Numbered from the stretch's first letter, positions 16,778-25,225 are shown. The stretch: DNA of 32,000 nucleotides from Nitrosopumilus maritimus SCM1 (GCF_000018465.1 NC_010085.1:240001-272000); one strand, 5' to 3'. The notes: a model not told the origin generated them from the sequence alone. Numbers and translations are program-made.

Positions 16778-17860
16778 ATGCCTGAAATTTGGTTAAATTA
16801 TGGTATTACAGACGTCGTTTTGGACATAAGAGCCGAGAATTTAGAGCAAAAAATTGATTCTGATGGTAAGATTTTAGATGATTCAGCGATCAATGAAAAA
16901 CTGAGTACAATAGATTATTCAAAACCAATGGAACTTGTGGTTTTACATAATTCAAAATCTATTCAAAAAATAATCTCATCTATGTTTACATTATGTGAGC
17001 AAAAATCAAAACCTTTTCCAAAAATCCTTACTGATAAAAAAATACTGAATCAAGTCAAAGCAGGACTTCCAGAGGGCAGCTCAATTAATGAATTTGATAA
17101 TATGGAAAACACCAATTCTAATCTTGTATTTATGGGCGAAATGGAATTTGATGGTCTTTTTGGTTATGAGACAGTTTCTACTCGTCTTATCAAAAAATTT
17201 GGGTTGGAATCCATGCTTTCTGCATATGCAAAAAGACAAGGAAATCTTCCTGTTCCTGGACAATATCCTGAAAATCTTCAAGAAGCAAAGAAATTTTCTG
17301 ATAATTTTGAAATTCAAGGAATTGAAATTGTTGCAAATTCTCAGGGCATTGTAGATTTTTCAATTGGACATCCTTCAGAAACTATGTCTAACACAAAGAT
17401 TCTAGAATCAAATTCAATCAAAGATGTTGGTCAACATAAAACAATGATAATTAGTACTGGTAAAGATGCAAGCAATGATAATCTTGGAAAATCCTTTTCA
17501 TCTTTATGGAATTGTTCAAATGCAATTAAAAAAGATGGACTTGCAATTTTAGTTGCTGAATGTAAAGGTGGATTAGGTTCTGATGCAATTCAACAGTATA
17601 TTGAAGATAGATTGACTTTAGAACAATTGAAAAATCCTACCAAATATGTTAGTGGTATGGAAGATCTTCTGTTCCTTTCAGAAACACAAAAAAATTTTCA
17701 GATTGGTCTAGTTTCAATTCTACCTGAATTTTATGCAAAGAAACTAAACATGATTTCTTTGCCTGGAATAAAATATTCTATGGATTATATCTTAAAGACA
17801 CAAGGTCCAAGACAAAAAGTTGCTGTAGTTGCAGACGGTGCTAGACTGTTGCTAAGGTAG
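16778..17860 (+). CDS. Conserved protein with LarA-like (nickel-pincer racemase family) C-terminal half
   Basis: AIKKDGLAILVAECKGGLGSDAIQQYI resembles the LarA C-terminal segment; no recognizable D-x-T-R N-terminal motif. Confidence 0.5.
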   Translation: MPEIWLNYGITDVVLDIRAENLEQKIDSDGKILDDSAINEKLSTIDYSKPMELVVLHNSKSIQKIISSMFTLCEQKSKPFPKILTDKKILNQVKAGLPEGSSINEFDNMENTNSNLVFMGEMEFDGLFGYETVSTRLIKKFGLESMLSAYAKRQGNLPVPGQYPENLQEAKKFSDNFEIQGIEIVANSQGIVDFSIGHPSETMSNTKILESNSIKDVGQHKTMIISTGKDASNDNLGKSFSSLWNCSNAIKKDGLAILVAECKGGLGSDAIQQYIEDRLTLEQLKNPTKYVSGMEDLLFLSETQKNFQIGLVSILPEFYAKKLNMISLPGIKYSMDYILKTQGPRQKVAVVADGARLLLR

Positions 17861-18958
17861 GAAATTAGGCAAAAAATCTGATGGTAATGGTGCACATAAA
17901 ATTGCCAATCCAATAATTCCAATATATGCTAATTTTCTATTTCTTGAAAGTGGCGAAATATCATCTAATGGCATTGCACTAGGATTTCTTGAACTCATTA
18001 TTAGAATTAAAATTGCCATTAACCAATAATTTAACAAAACTAGAATTGCCATACTGCCAAAAGTTGCATATCTATGTAATTTTGGACCCAACAAAGTTCT
18101 GGCCATATGACCTCCATCTAGTTGCCATGCTGGAAGTAAATTCAAAAATGTAATTAGAAATCCAATCCATGCTGCAAACATTATTGGAGTCATAATTACT
18201 TCATGTCCTGAACCTCCTTTTCCAAACATTGCAAGACTTGCAGTCATTAACAATGGCTCTCCTTGCTCCCATTCCATTAGTCTAGATTCTTCAAATAACC
18301 CTGCAGCAATTTCAGGTTCTAAAATTGGTGCAGTATATGCTCCATATATTGAAACAATTACTGCAATCACTAATCCTGCTATTGGACCGGCTATTGCAAC
18401 ATCAAACAAAATTTCTCTGTTGATGGTCAATCCCCTTGATTGAATAAATGCCCCAAATGTTGGGATTCCTATTACTGGTAGACCTGGAATAAAGTATGGC
18501 CATGTAGTTTTTAATCTGTGGGCTTTTGCTGCAATTATGTGTCCTAGTTCATGAATTCCTAAAATTCCTAGCAAAGATAATGTGTAAACTGCTGCCATCT
18601 CAAGTGGTTCTCCAATTTCAACAATAGAATTTGTTCCAGATGTTCTATAGTATCCATCAACCATAACAAATGCAACTACAATTGCAAACAAAGCTCTTGG
18701 TGTCCATGCAGTTTTCATCCACCTTCTTTGTTTTTTTATCGCAAACTTTTGAATAATAACAAACTTTCCACCATCTTTTTGCTCTAATCTACATGCAAAA
18801 CTCATTCCTTCTAATCTTCTTGCTAATTTTTCAAATTTGGATTTGAACTCAATATCTTCAATTCGAAACTCCATTGAAAATTCAGTTTTTATAAAATCAC
18901 TTACATCAAAGATGGAATTTACTAAAGAAATTATGTCGTCTTGAGATTCCTCGTCCAT
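17852..18958 (-). CDS. Site-2-protease/M50-family membrane metalloprotease, EGY-like
   Basis: HELGHIIAAKAHRLKTTWPYFIPGLPVIGIPTFGAFIQ and LNLLPAWQLDGGHMART zinc-ligand motifs in a multi-TM protein. Confidence 0.88.
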   Translation of the reverse strand: MDEESQDDIISLVNSIFDVSDFIKTEFSMEFRIEDIEFKSKFEKLARRLEGMSFACRLEQKDGGKFVIIQKFAIKKQRRWMKTAWTPRALFAIVVAFVMVDGYYRTSGTNSIVEIGEPLEMAAVYTLSLLGILGIHELGHIIAAKAHRLKTTWPYFIPGLPVIGIPTFGAFIQSRGLTINREILFDVAIAGPIAGLVIAVIVSIYGAYTAPILEPEIAAGLFEESRLMEWEQGEPLLMTASLAMFGKGGSGHEVIMTPIMFAAWIGFLITFLNLLPAWQLDGGHMARTLLGPKLHRYATFGSMAILVLLNYWLMAILILIMSSRNPSAMPLDDISPLSRNRKLAYIGIIGLAILCAPLPSDFLPNFLP

Positions 18959-19031
18959 TCTTTATGACTAATTCTTTCCATTAAATGGTCTTTTGGTTTA
19001 AAATTAAATATTGATGGTCTTATCTCTTAGT

Positions 19032-19529
19032 ATGCAAGTAATTCTAAGGCAATTAGGTGATTGTAATATACGACGTGCTGAATCAAGCGATCTTATACCT
19101 GTCATGGAAATCAATCTAAAAACACTTCCTGAACATTATTCTGATTATTTCTATGAGAGTTTACTTGCAGAACTACCTGAGGCATTTATTGTTGCAGAGA
19201 TTGGAGGTAAACATGTTGGATACATAATGTGTAAAACTGAATATGGATTCTCAAATTTCAAAAAACTCGGGTTTGTAAAAAAAGGACATGTTGTTTCAGT
19301 TGCTGTTCTTGATGATTATAGAAAACGAGGTATAGGAAAAGCACTCGTTGAAGAGTCTGTAAATGGAGTCAAATTGCGAAAATGTGATGAATTCTATTTG
19401 GAAGTGAGATGTAGTAATGTTGAGGCTGTAAGGCTATATGAAAAACTTGGATTTGTAATAAGACAACAACTAAACGCCTATTATCGTGATGGCGAAGACG
19501 CATACCTTATGGCAATTGAATTAACTTAG
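19032..19529 (+). CDS. GNAT-family N-acetyltransferase, RimI/Nat-like
   Basis: NIRRAESSDLIPVMEINLKTLPEHYSDYFYESLL, VLDDYRKRGIGKALVEE, LEVRCSNVEAVRLYEKLGF. Start 19032 preferred over 19011. Confidence 0.88.
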   Translation: MQVILRQLGDCNIRRAESSDLIPVMEINLKTLPEHYSDYFYESLLAELPEAFIVAEIGGKHVGYIMCKTEYGFSNFKKLGFVKKGHVVSVAVLDDYRKRGIGKALVEESVNGVKLRKCDEFYLEVRCSNVEAVRLYEKLGFVIRQQLNAYYRDGEDAYLMAIELT

Positions 19530-19566
19530 ATAAAACCAATAAATAACTCTCAAAAAATTTCCCGCC

Positions 19567-19785
19567 ATGGACAAACGCAAAGGAATGGGAATCACAATTT
19601 TTGTTCTTTGTATTGGTGGATTTTTTCTATATGCTTACTTATTGATGCTTTCTGAATGGAGTCCAATTGTTTTACAACTATCTGTATTAATGATTGCAGG
19701 AGGAATTCTTGGAGTTGTTGCATGGATAGGATATGTTATGGCAACAACAAAACCTTCTCCTGCATCAATTACTTCAGACGACTAG
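19567..19785 (+). CDS. Small two-TM membrane protein, unknown function
   Basis: 72-aa ORF with two hydrophobic segments; fills the gap between GNAT and the methyltransferase with only 1 nt between convergent stop codons. Confidence 0.65.
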   Translation: MDKRKGMGITIFVLCIGGFFLYAYLLMLSEWSPIVLQLSVLMIAGGILGVVAWIGYVMATTKPSPASITSDD

Positions 19786-19786
19786 A

Positions 19787-20623
19787 TTACTTGAAAATTT
19801 TAACATCTACAACTGTTTGATAATATCTTGGGCCAACAGGTCTGACAATTTTTGATCCTAATATCTCTGATTTTATTGGTGAAACTTTTAGATAATGTTC
19901 TTCTGAAAGTTTTCCTGCATCTGATTTTTTGTCTGCATGTATGTGAGAATAATAGTGAATTATACCACCATCTTTTGTGGTTTTAATTGCAGATTCTAAA
20001 AATTCATCAGAACGCTCAGGAAGCAACATCAAAGTTCTATCTGATTTATCTACCAATTGTTCGTTGATTGTTTGTGTTGCATCTCCGTTAATGGAAATAA
20101 CTTCTCCTGCAAGTTTGTTTAGTTTTATGTTTCTCTCACACAATTCTGATGCAATTGGATTGATGTCAAGGCTGTACACTGTACATTTTTTCTTTTTTGC
20201 AGCTATTATTGAAAACATTCCAACACCTGCAAACATGTTTGTCATGATTTCTTCTTCTTGAATCAGGTTGGCAATTCTATCCCTTTCAGTAGATAATCTG
20301 GGAGAAAAAAATGCATTTTCTACATCTACAATGAATTTACAGCCAAATTCTCGATATTCTGTCTCGGTATTATCTTCCCCTGCAATAATCTCAAGATTCC
20401 TTGTACGAAAATCCCCTTCTACTGCTGATGCCTGATAAAATACACTTCTTACAATCTTTACGTCATTCAATAGAGTTTCTCCGATAATCTTTTTCTTAGA
20501 TAGTAGAGAATCTGGAATTCTTACAATGATTATCTCGCCAATTTGATCAAAGGCTGAAATCAATTCTTCGCTTTCTTTTGGTGAAAGTATACTTTCCAGT
20601 GATTTTTTTAGCATTCGAGTCAA
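19787..20623 (-). CDS. Trm5/TYW2-family tRNA methyltransferase
   Basis: FIVDVENAFFSPRLSTERDRIANLIQEEEIMTNMFAGVGMFSIIAAKK and VYSLDINPIASELCERNIKLNKL. Confidence 0.85.
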   Translation of the reverse strand: MTRMLKKSLESILSPKESEELISAFDQIGEIIIVRIPDSLLSKKKIIGETLLNDVKIVRSVFYQASAVEGDFRTRNLEIIAGEDNTETEYREFGCKFIVDVENAFFSPRLSTERDRIANLIQEEEIMTNMFAGVGMFSIIAAKKKKCTVYSLDINPIASELCERNIKLNKLAGEVISINGDATQTINEQLVDKSDRTLMLLPERSDEFLESAIKTTKDGGIIHYYSHIHADKKSDAGKLSEEHYLKVSPIKSEILGSKIVRPVGPRYYQTVVDVKIFK

Positions 20624-22407
20624 TTTTTGTAATAGAAATTTCCAGATGATTTCTGGTCTTTGTCTAATCGACTTTCTAACTTGTTTACTCTTGGTCTAAG
20701 ACTCTTTTCGTCCCGTCTAAATGACATGTCAAGTGATTTTAGAAATCTGTTCATTGCATCTGATTTTGGTAGTGGCGATGTAGCTTTTCCTGCAGCCCCT
20801 GATTCACCTTCAAAAATTACCATCGTATCTGAAATCAAATCCATTAACTGTAAATCATGATCAATGACAATAGCTGATTTTCCAAATGAACGAACAAACT
20901 TTTGTAAGAATTTTGCAACTGCAATTCTATCTTCAACATCCAAAAATGCTGATGGTTCATCTAATGCATACAAATCAACTTTTTGTAAAAGACAAGATGC
21001 AACTGCTACTTTTTGTAATTCTCCTCCTGAGAGATTTTTTACTGATTTGGTATAGAGTTTTTTGATTTTTAGAGGATCAAGGATTTGTTCTTCTTCCATA
21101 CTTCCTTCTACTGGACTTCCATTTGCTTTATCTAGTAATGCAACAACTTCTACATCTACATCATTTTGAAGATATTGTGGTTTGTATGCTATCTTGATCT
21201 TTTTATCAACTTCTCCTGAATCTGGTTTTTCCACACCTGCAATCATCTTCATCATTGTTGTTTTTCCAAGTGCATTTGCACCCATAATCCCAAGAACTTC
21301 TCCTTTCCTTACCTGACCAGGCTCAACTTCAACTGAGAATGAAGGATATTTTTTTGTTAATTTTGGATATTTTACAATTTCACTTCCTTCTTGAAATTCA
21401 TCAGTAGATGTAGATGAAACATCAAAGGAAAATGCTTTGTCTCTAAATCTTACATTTTCGTTTGGTAAATATCCATCAAGAAAAACATTGATTCCAACTT
21501 TGGTTGAAAGAATATTTGATACGATTCCATATGCTGATGGTTCTCCATAAAGTACTTCAATATAATCACTAAGAAAATCAAGTAATGTCAAGTCATGTTC
21601 TACAACCATAACACTTTTTCCAAGTTTTGCAAGACTTTGAATAACCCGTGCTACTCCTGTTCTTTGAAAAACATCATTGTAAGATGATGGTTCATCAAAA
21701 AAGTAAAATTCTGTATCTTTTGAAGCTGCAGCAGCTACTGCAATTCTTTGTAATTCTCCACCACTTAACTCCTTTAAGCTTTGATCAACAGAGTTTTGTA
21801 ATCCAAGTTCTTTGATTAATTCTCTTGATACACCTCTCTCATCATATTTTTCAATGAGTTCTTTACCGGTTCCATCAAATGCTTGTGCAATCTGATGAAC
21901 TTGTTGAGGTTTTATTGATGCACGAATTTGATTTTGTTTAATTTTTTCAAAATGTTGTTTTAACTCTGTTCCACTATAGTATTTCAATATCTCATCCCAC
22001 TCTGGAGGATTTTCATATCTTCCAAGATTTGGCTTTAGATTACCTGATAGTATATTTACAACAGTACTTTTCCCCATACCGTTTCTTCCAAGTAATCCGA
22101 CTACCTCTCCTTTCTTCGGAGTTGGCAATTTGTATAATCGGAATGAATTTGGACCATATTGGTGAATTTTATCAGTAGCTAATTCACTTGCTAAATTAAC
22201 AATTGTAATTGCATCAAATGGACATACTTTGACACATATTCCACACCCATTACAGATATCCTCATCAATCTGAGCTTTTTTTGATTCCTCATTTAGTACA
22301 ATACAATCTGCGCCTGATTTGTTCACTGGACAGTATTTTATGCACTCTAAACCACATTTTTTAGGCTGACAGAGTTCGTGATCTAAAACTCCGACTCTAT
22401 GCGTCAT
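20620..22407 (-). CDS. ABCE1/Rli1 ribosome-recycling ATPase
   Basis: N-terminal Fe-S motifs (CGLECIKYCPVNKSGADC, CNGCGICVKVCPFDAI), two ABC ATPase domains (GRNGMGKST, GANALGKTT), signatures LSGGELQR and LSGGELQK. Confidence 0.97.
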   Translation of the reverse strand: MTHRVGVLDHELCQPKKCGLECIKYCPVNKSGADCIVLNEESKKAQIDEDICNGCGICVKVCPFDAITIVNLASELATDKIHQYGPNSFRLYKLPTPKKGEVVGLLGRNGMGKSTVVNILSGNLKPNLGRYENPPEWDEILKYYSGTELKQHFEKIKQNQIRASIKPQQVHQIAQAFDGTGKELIEKYDERGVSRELIKELGLQNSVDQSLKELSGGELQRIAVAAAASKDTEFYFFDEPSSYNDVFQRTGVARVIQSLAKLGKSVMVVEHDLTLLDFLSDYIEVLYGEPSAYGIVSNILSTKVGINVFLDGYLPNENVRFRDKAFSFDVSSTSTDEFQEGSEIVKYPKLTKKYPSFSVEVEPGQVRKGEVLGIMGANALGKTTMMKMIAGVEKPDSGEVDKKIKIAYKPQYLQNDVDVEVVALLDKANGSPVEGSMEEEQILDPLKIKKLYTKSVKNLSGGELQKVAVASCLLQKVDLYALDEPSAFLDVEDRIAVAKFLQKFVRSFGKSAIVIDHDLQLMDLISDTMVIFEGESGAAGKATSPLPKSDAMNRFLKSLDMSFRRDEKSLRPRVNKLESRLDKDQKSSGNFYYKN

Positions 22408-22502
22408 GTGCTAGAGCGGTCATCTCTTTGTTTTATACCTATTTTGGAGCCATTATCCGGTTTCGTTACGTTAATAATTGAGATTTTAACATTGATTTTC
22501 AA

Positions 22503-22615
22503 GCCGGCCATAGCGTTAGGGTGCGACCCAATCCCTTTCCGAACTTGGAAGTCAAACCTGACGTCGCTGTTGTGCTACTAAGATGCGAGAGCCCTTGGGA
22601 AGCAACAGTGCTGGC
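22503..22615 (+). rRNA. 5S ribosomal RNA (ends approximate)
   Basis: GCCGGC...GCTGGC terminal helix; conserved core CCCTTTCCGAACTTGGAAGTCAAACCTGACGTCGC; loop/helix pattern GTGCTACTAAGATGCGAGAGCCCTTGGGAAGC. Confidence 0.93.
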
Positions 22616-22663
22616 ATTTTCTCATTTACAATCTATTAATAATGAAATTATTCAAAACCTTAC

Positions 22664-22792
22664 ATGCCAAACTGTTCTGTTTGTGGAGAAATATGTGATA
22701 ACGATATTAGATTGATGAATCACATGATGGAAAAACATGGATGGAGAAATCCAAATGTTGGAAAACCTGATAGAAACAGTAGAGGTTACTAG
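22664..22792 (+). CDS. 42-aa C2H2-like mini zinc-finger protein (not in ORF track)
   Basis: MPNCSVCGEICDNDIRLMNHMMEKHGWRNPNVGKPDRNSRGY*; C-x2-C...H-x5-H; TATA-like TATTAATAA about 28 nt upstream; stop codon 1 nt from the convergent peptidase stop. Confidence 0.65.
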   Translation: MPNCSVCGEICDNDIRLMNHMMEKHGWRNPNVGKPDRNSRGY

Positions 22793-22793
22793 T

Positions 22794-24260
22794 TTACAAC
22801 TTTTGTAAATAATCTAAAATTAATCTAACACCAAAACCAGTTGCGCCTTTTGGATTGTATGATTTTTCTTTTGTAGCTGTTTGTGTCCAAGCTACACCTG
22901 CAATATCCAAATGTGTCCAAGGGGTATCTTCAATTGCATTTCTCAAAAATGCTGCAGCAGTTATTGTTCCAGCTGCTCTTCCTATACCCATATTTTTCAT
23001 ATCTGCTACATCTGATTTTATCATATCCATAAATTCTTGATTTAATGGAAGCTCCCAAATCTGTTCTGTAGTATTTTTTGATGATTCAAAAATTTTCTTT
23101 GATAACTTTTCATTATTTGAAACCATTCCGGCTACATTAGTTCCTAATGCTATGATGCATGCTCCAGTTAATGTTGCAAAGTCAATAATTGCCTTGGGTG
23201 CGTAATGTTTTTCTCCATATGCTAATGCATCAGCTAAAATCAATCTTCCTTCAGCATCCGTGTTGAGAATTTCTGCTGTCTTTCCATTGTACAGTTTTAT
23301 TATGTCTCCTGGTCTATACGATTCTCCTCCTGGCATATTTTCAACAGATGGAACTATTCCAATTACATTAATTGGTAATTTTAATTCTGAAATTGCTTTC
23401 ATAATTCCTAATACTGTACACCCACCACATTTATCAAATTTCATTTCATCCATATTTGCTCCAGGTTTTAATGAAATTCCTCCAGTATCAAATGTCACAG
23501 CTTTTCCAACAAGTACAATTGGTTTTTCATTTCTTGAACCTCGATTATGTTCCATGATGATTAATTTTGGTTCATTTTTACTTCCTTGTCCAACTGCGGT
23601 AATGCCTCCAAACCCTTTCTTTTTCAGTTCTGGTTTTGAAATAATTTTACATTTCATTTTATTTTTTGATATAGTTTTTGCAAAATTTGCTAGTGTTGAT
23701 GGTGTACACTCGTTTGGAGGTAAATTAGCAATACTTTTTGTGAATATTGCCCCCTCTGCAACAATCTCTGCTGTCTTTATTGATTTTAGAACCTTGTTTG
23801 ATTTTGGAACGATTATTGTCATATCTGGTGAATTTTCTTCTTTTTCAGCCTTGAATTTTTCAAATTTGTATAATGCCATCTTTGCTCCTTCTACAACTTG
23901 TGTTGTAGAAGAAACCTGCTCTATGACAAATGTCGGAGGTATGATTATTGAAAATTCTTTTAATTTTAATTCACGTGCTTTTTGAGCAATTTTACCTGAA
24001 ATTTGTCTGAAAGTATCTTTTGTAATGTCTTCTTTTTTTCCAATTCCTGCAATTAAGATTCTTTGAAATTGTTTTTTCCCTGTAGATGGAATAACCATTA
24101 ATTTGCCTAATTTTCCTTCTATGTCTTTAAGAGATTGATTAACTACAAATGATGTTTTTGCGTCTAATTTTGGTAATCCTAAAACTTTATCTGATTTTTC
24201 TAATGCAAATGCACAAAGAAGTTGTGTTTTCTTTGGGGTGTTTTGTACTTTAATTTTCAT
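22794..24260 (-). CDS. pepA: Leucyl aminopeptidase, M17 family
   Basis: VGKAVTFDTGGISLKPGANMDEMKFDKCGG, NTDAEGRLILADALAYG, IDFATLTGACIIALG. Confidence 0.95.
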   Translation of the reverse strand: MKIKVQNTPKKTQLLCAFALEKSDKVLGLPKLDAKTSFVVNQSLKDIEGKLGKLMVIPSTGKKQFQRILIAGIGKKEDITKDTFRQISGKIAQKARELKLKEFSIIIPPTFVIEQVSSTTQVVEGAKMALYKFEKFKAEKEENSPDMTIIVPKSNKVLKSIKTAEIVAEGAIFTKSIANLPPNECTPSTLANFAKTISKNKMKCKIISKPELKKKGFGGITAVGQGSKNEPKLIIMEHNRGSRNEKPIVLVGKAVTFDTGGISLKPGANMDEMKFDKCGGCTVLGIMKAISELKLPINVIGIVPSVENMPGGESYRPGDIIKLYNGKTAEILNTDAEGRLILADALAYGEKHYAPKAIIDFATLTGACIIALGTNVAGMVSNNEKLSKKIFESSKNTTEQIWELPLNQEFMDMIKSDVADMKNMGIGRAAGTITAAAFLRNAIEDTPWTHLDIAGVAWTQTATKEKSYNPKGATGFGVRLILDYLQKL

Positions 24261-24299
24261 ACGTATGTATGATTTTCATAGTCATATTTAGATTTATGA

Positions 24300-24440
24300 T
24301 TATGTGCATTCTCTTAGCATTTCATTAATCACTGCAGAAAAACTTACAGTTCCAGCAGTTTCTTTAATTTTCTTTGCTTGAAGATTTCTTACTTTTTTTG
24401 CTACATCGTCATCAATCATTATTGTTCTTCGTTCTGCCAT
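24300..24440 (-). CDS. 46-aa ribbon-helix-helix-like small protein (not in ORF track)
   Basis: MAERRTIMIDDDVAKKVRNLQAKKIKETAGTVSFSAVINEMLRECT*; beta strand (RRTIMIDDDVAKKV) followed by helix segments (SFSAVINEML) typical of RHH proteins. Confidence 0.7.
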   Translation of the reverse strand: MAERRTIMIDDDVAKKVRNLQAKKIKETAGTVSFSAVINEMLRECT

Positions 24441-24485
24441 TTGAATAAAATCTTGTTTTTAATTATTAAAACCTATTTTTAGTAT

Positions 24486-24605
24486 TCAAATGTGAACTTC
24501 ATCTTCAATTTTTATACTTCCACTTTTGGAAATAAAATCAACTTTTCTAAGTAAAACTGCTTTGACTAATTTACAATTTTCTGTATGTTGATTGATTGTT
24601 TCCAT
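24486..24605 (-). CDS. Possible 39-aa small ORF
   Basis: METINQHTENCKLVKAVLLRKVDFISKSGSIKIEDEVHI*; lies in an otherwise empty gap; no recognisable domain. Confidence 0.25.
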   Translation of the reverse strand: METINQHTENCKLVKAVLLRKVDFISKSGSIKIEDEVHI

Positions 24606-24764
24606 TTTTGGGATTTTTTTTGTTTGAAAAATAACTCTTATCAATGAAAAAATACCTGCAAAGTTTTTTCATTAAATGTTATACATTTCCCTTTAGCAAA
24701 AAATCAACAAATTTTGTATATTTTACGCACAAAAAATTGGTTTAAATTAAAAATTATTCTAATT

Positions 24765-25073
24765 TTAAACACTAGGAGTTTGTTTATGATTTGGGAAGCA
24801 TTCTCTACAATAAACAGGTCTGTCTTCTTTAGGTTTGAATGGTACTTGACATTCATTTCCACAATCACCACATGTTGCTGTGTGCATCTCTCTTTGTCTA
24901 TTGAATCTTGATCTCCCAAATCTATCCCCACTACGTCTCTGAGGTCTGTGATTTGGGAAGCATTCTCTACAATAAACAGGTCTGTCTTCTTTAGGTTTGA
25001 ATGGTACTTGACATTCATTTCCACAATCACCACATGTTGCTGTGTGCATTTCTCTTTCTTCTCCAAAGGACAT
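24765..25073 (-). CDS. CxxC-x17-CxxC zinc-ribbon protein with two tandem identical zinc-binding units
   Basis: REMHTATCGDCGNECQVPFKPKEDRPVYCRECFPNH occurs twice, separated by RPQRRSGDRFGRSRFNRQ. Start ATG 25073 preferred over TTG 25082. Confidence 0.82.
   Translation of the reverse strand: MSFGEEREMHTATCGDCGNECQVPFKPKEDRPVYCRECFPNHRPQRRSGDRFGRSRFNRQREMHTATCGDCGNECQVPFKPKEDRPVYCRECFPNHKQTPSV
24787..24895. repeat. Tandem duplicated unit, copy A (109 bp)
   Basis: 108 of 109 bp identical to 24949-25057; offset exactly 162 nt; sole difference c24888/t25050, synonymous (GAG/GAA). Confidence 0.95.
24949..25057. repeat. Tandem duplicated unit, copy B (109 bp)
   Basis: See copy A at 24787-24895. 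Confidence 0.95.
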
Positions 25074-25210
25074 ATCTTTCAAAAATTTGAAACAATATAC
25101 TGTAATTAAACTATTGTAAACTCCTGATATTTTCTTATGGTTATTCTTTTTTTAATACCGTGATCTTCTCTTAGATTTTCGTTAATGTGTTTTAGAAGTA
25201 GATTTTTATT

Positions 25211-25225
25211 AAATTTGGAGTCAAA
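25211..25225 (+). promoter_or_regulatory. Shared 15-nt upstream motif aaatttggagtcaaa, copy 2 (before transketolase operon)
   Basis: Exact match to 15247-15261; preceded by agatttttatt. Confidence 0.35.

Noticed and set aside
22537-22555. Third copy of the shared upstream motif (ttggaagtcaaacc inside 5S rRNA)
   Set aside because: Resemblance to ttggagtcaaa is explained by the universally conserved 5S core sequence, with an inserted base.
22399-22715. Track ORFs 22399..22581 and 22521..22715
   Set aside because: They run through the 5S rRNA or its upstream region and have no protein-like signature.
23260-23985. 241-aa plus-strand ORF antisense to pepA
   Set aside because: Serine/Phe/Ile-rich composition is typical of the antisense of a strong AT-rich gene; M17 motifs clearly sit on the minus strand.
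24486-24605. 39-aa minus-strand ORF as a confident gene
   Set aside because: Too short, with no recognisable domain; kept only as a low-confidence feature pending conservation data.
24704-25066. 120-aa minus-strand ORF (MEKKEKCTQQHVVIVEMNVKYHSNLKKTD...)
   Set aside because: Frame-shifted reading of the duplicated zinc-ribbon gene; its own repeat (CTQQHVVIVEMNVKYHSNLKKTDLFIVENASQI) is a by-product of the DNA duplication.
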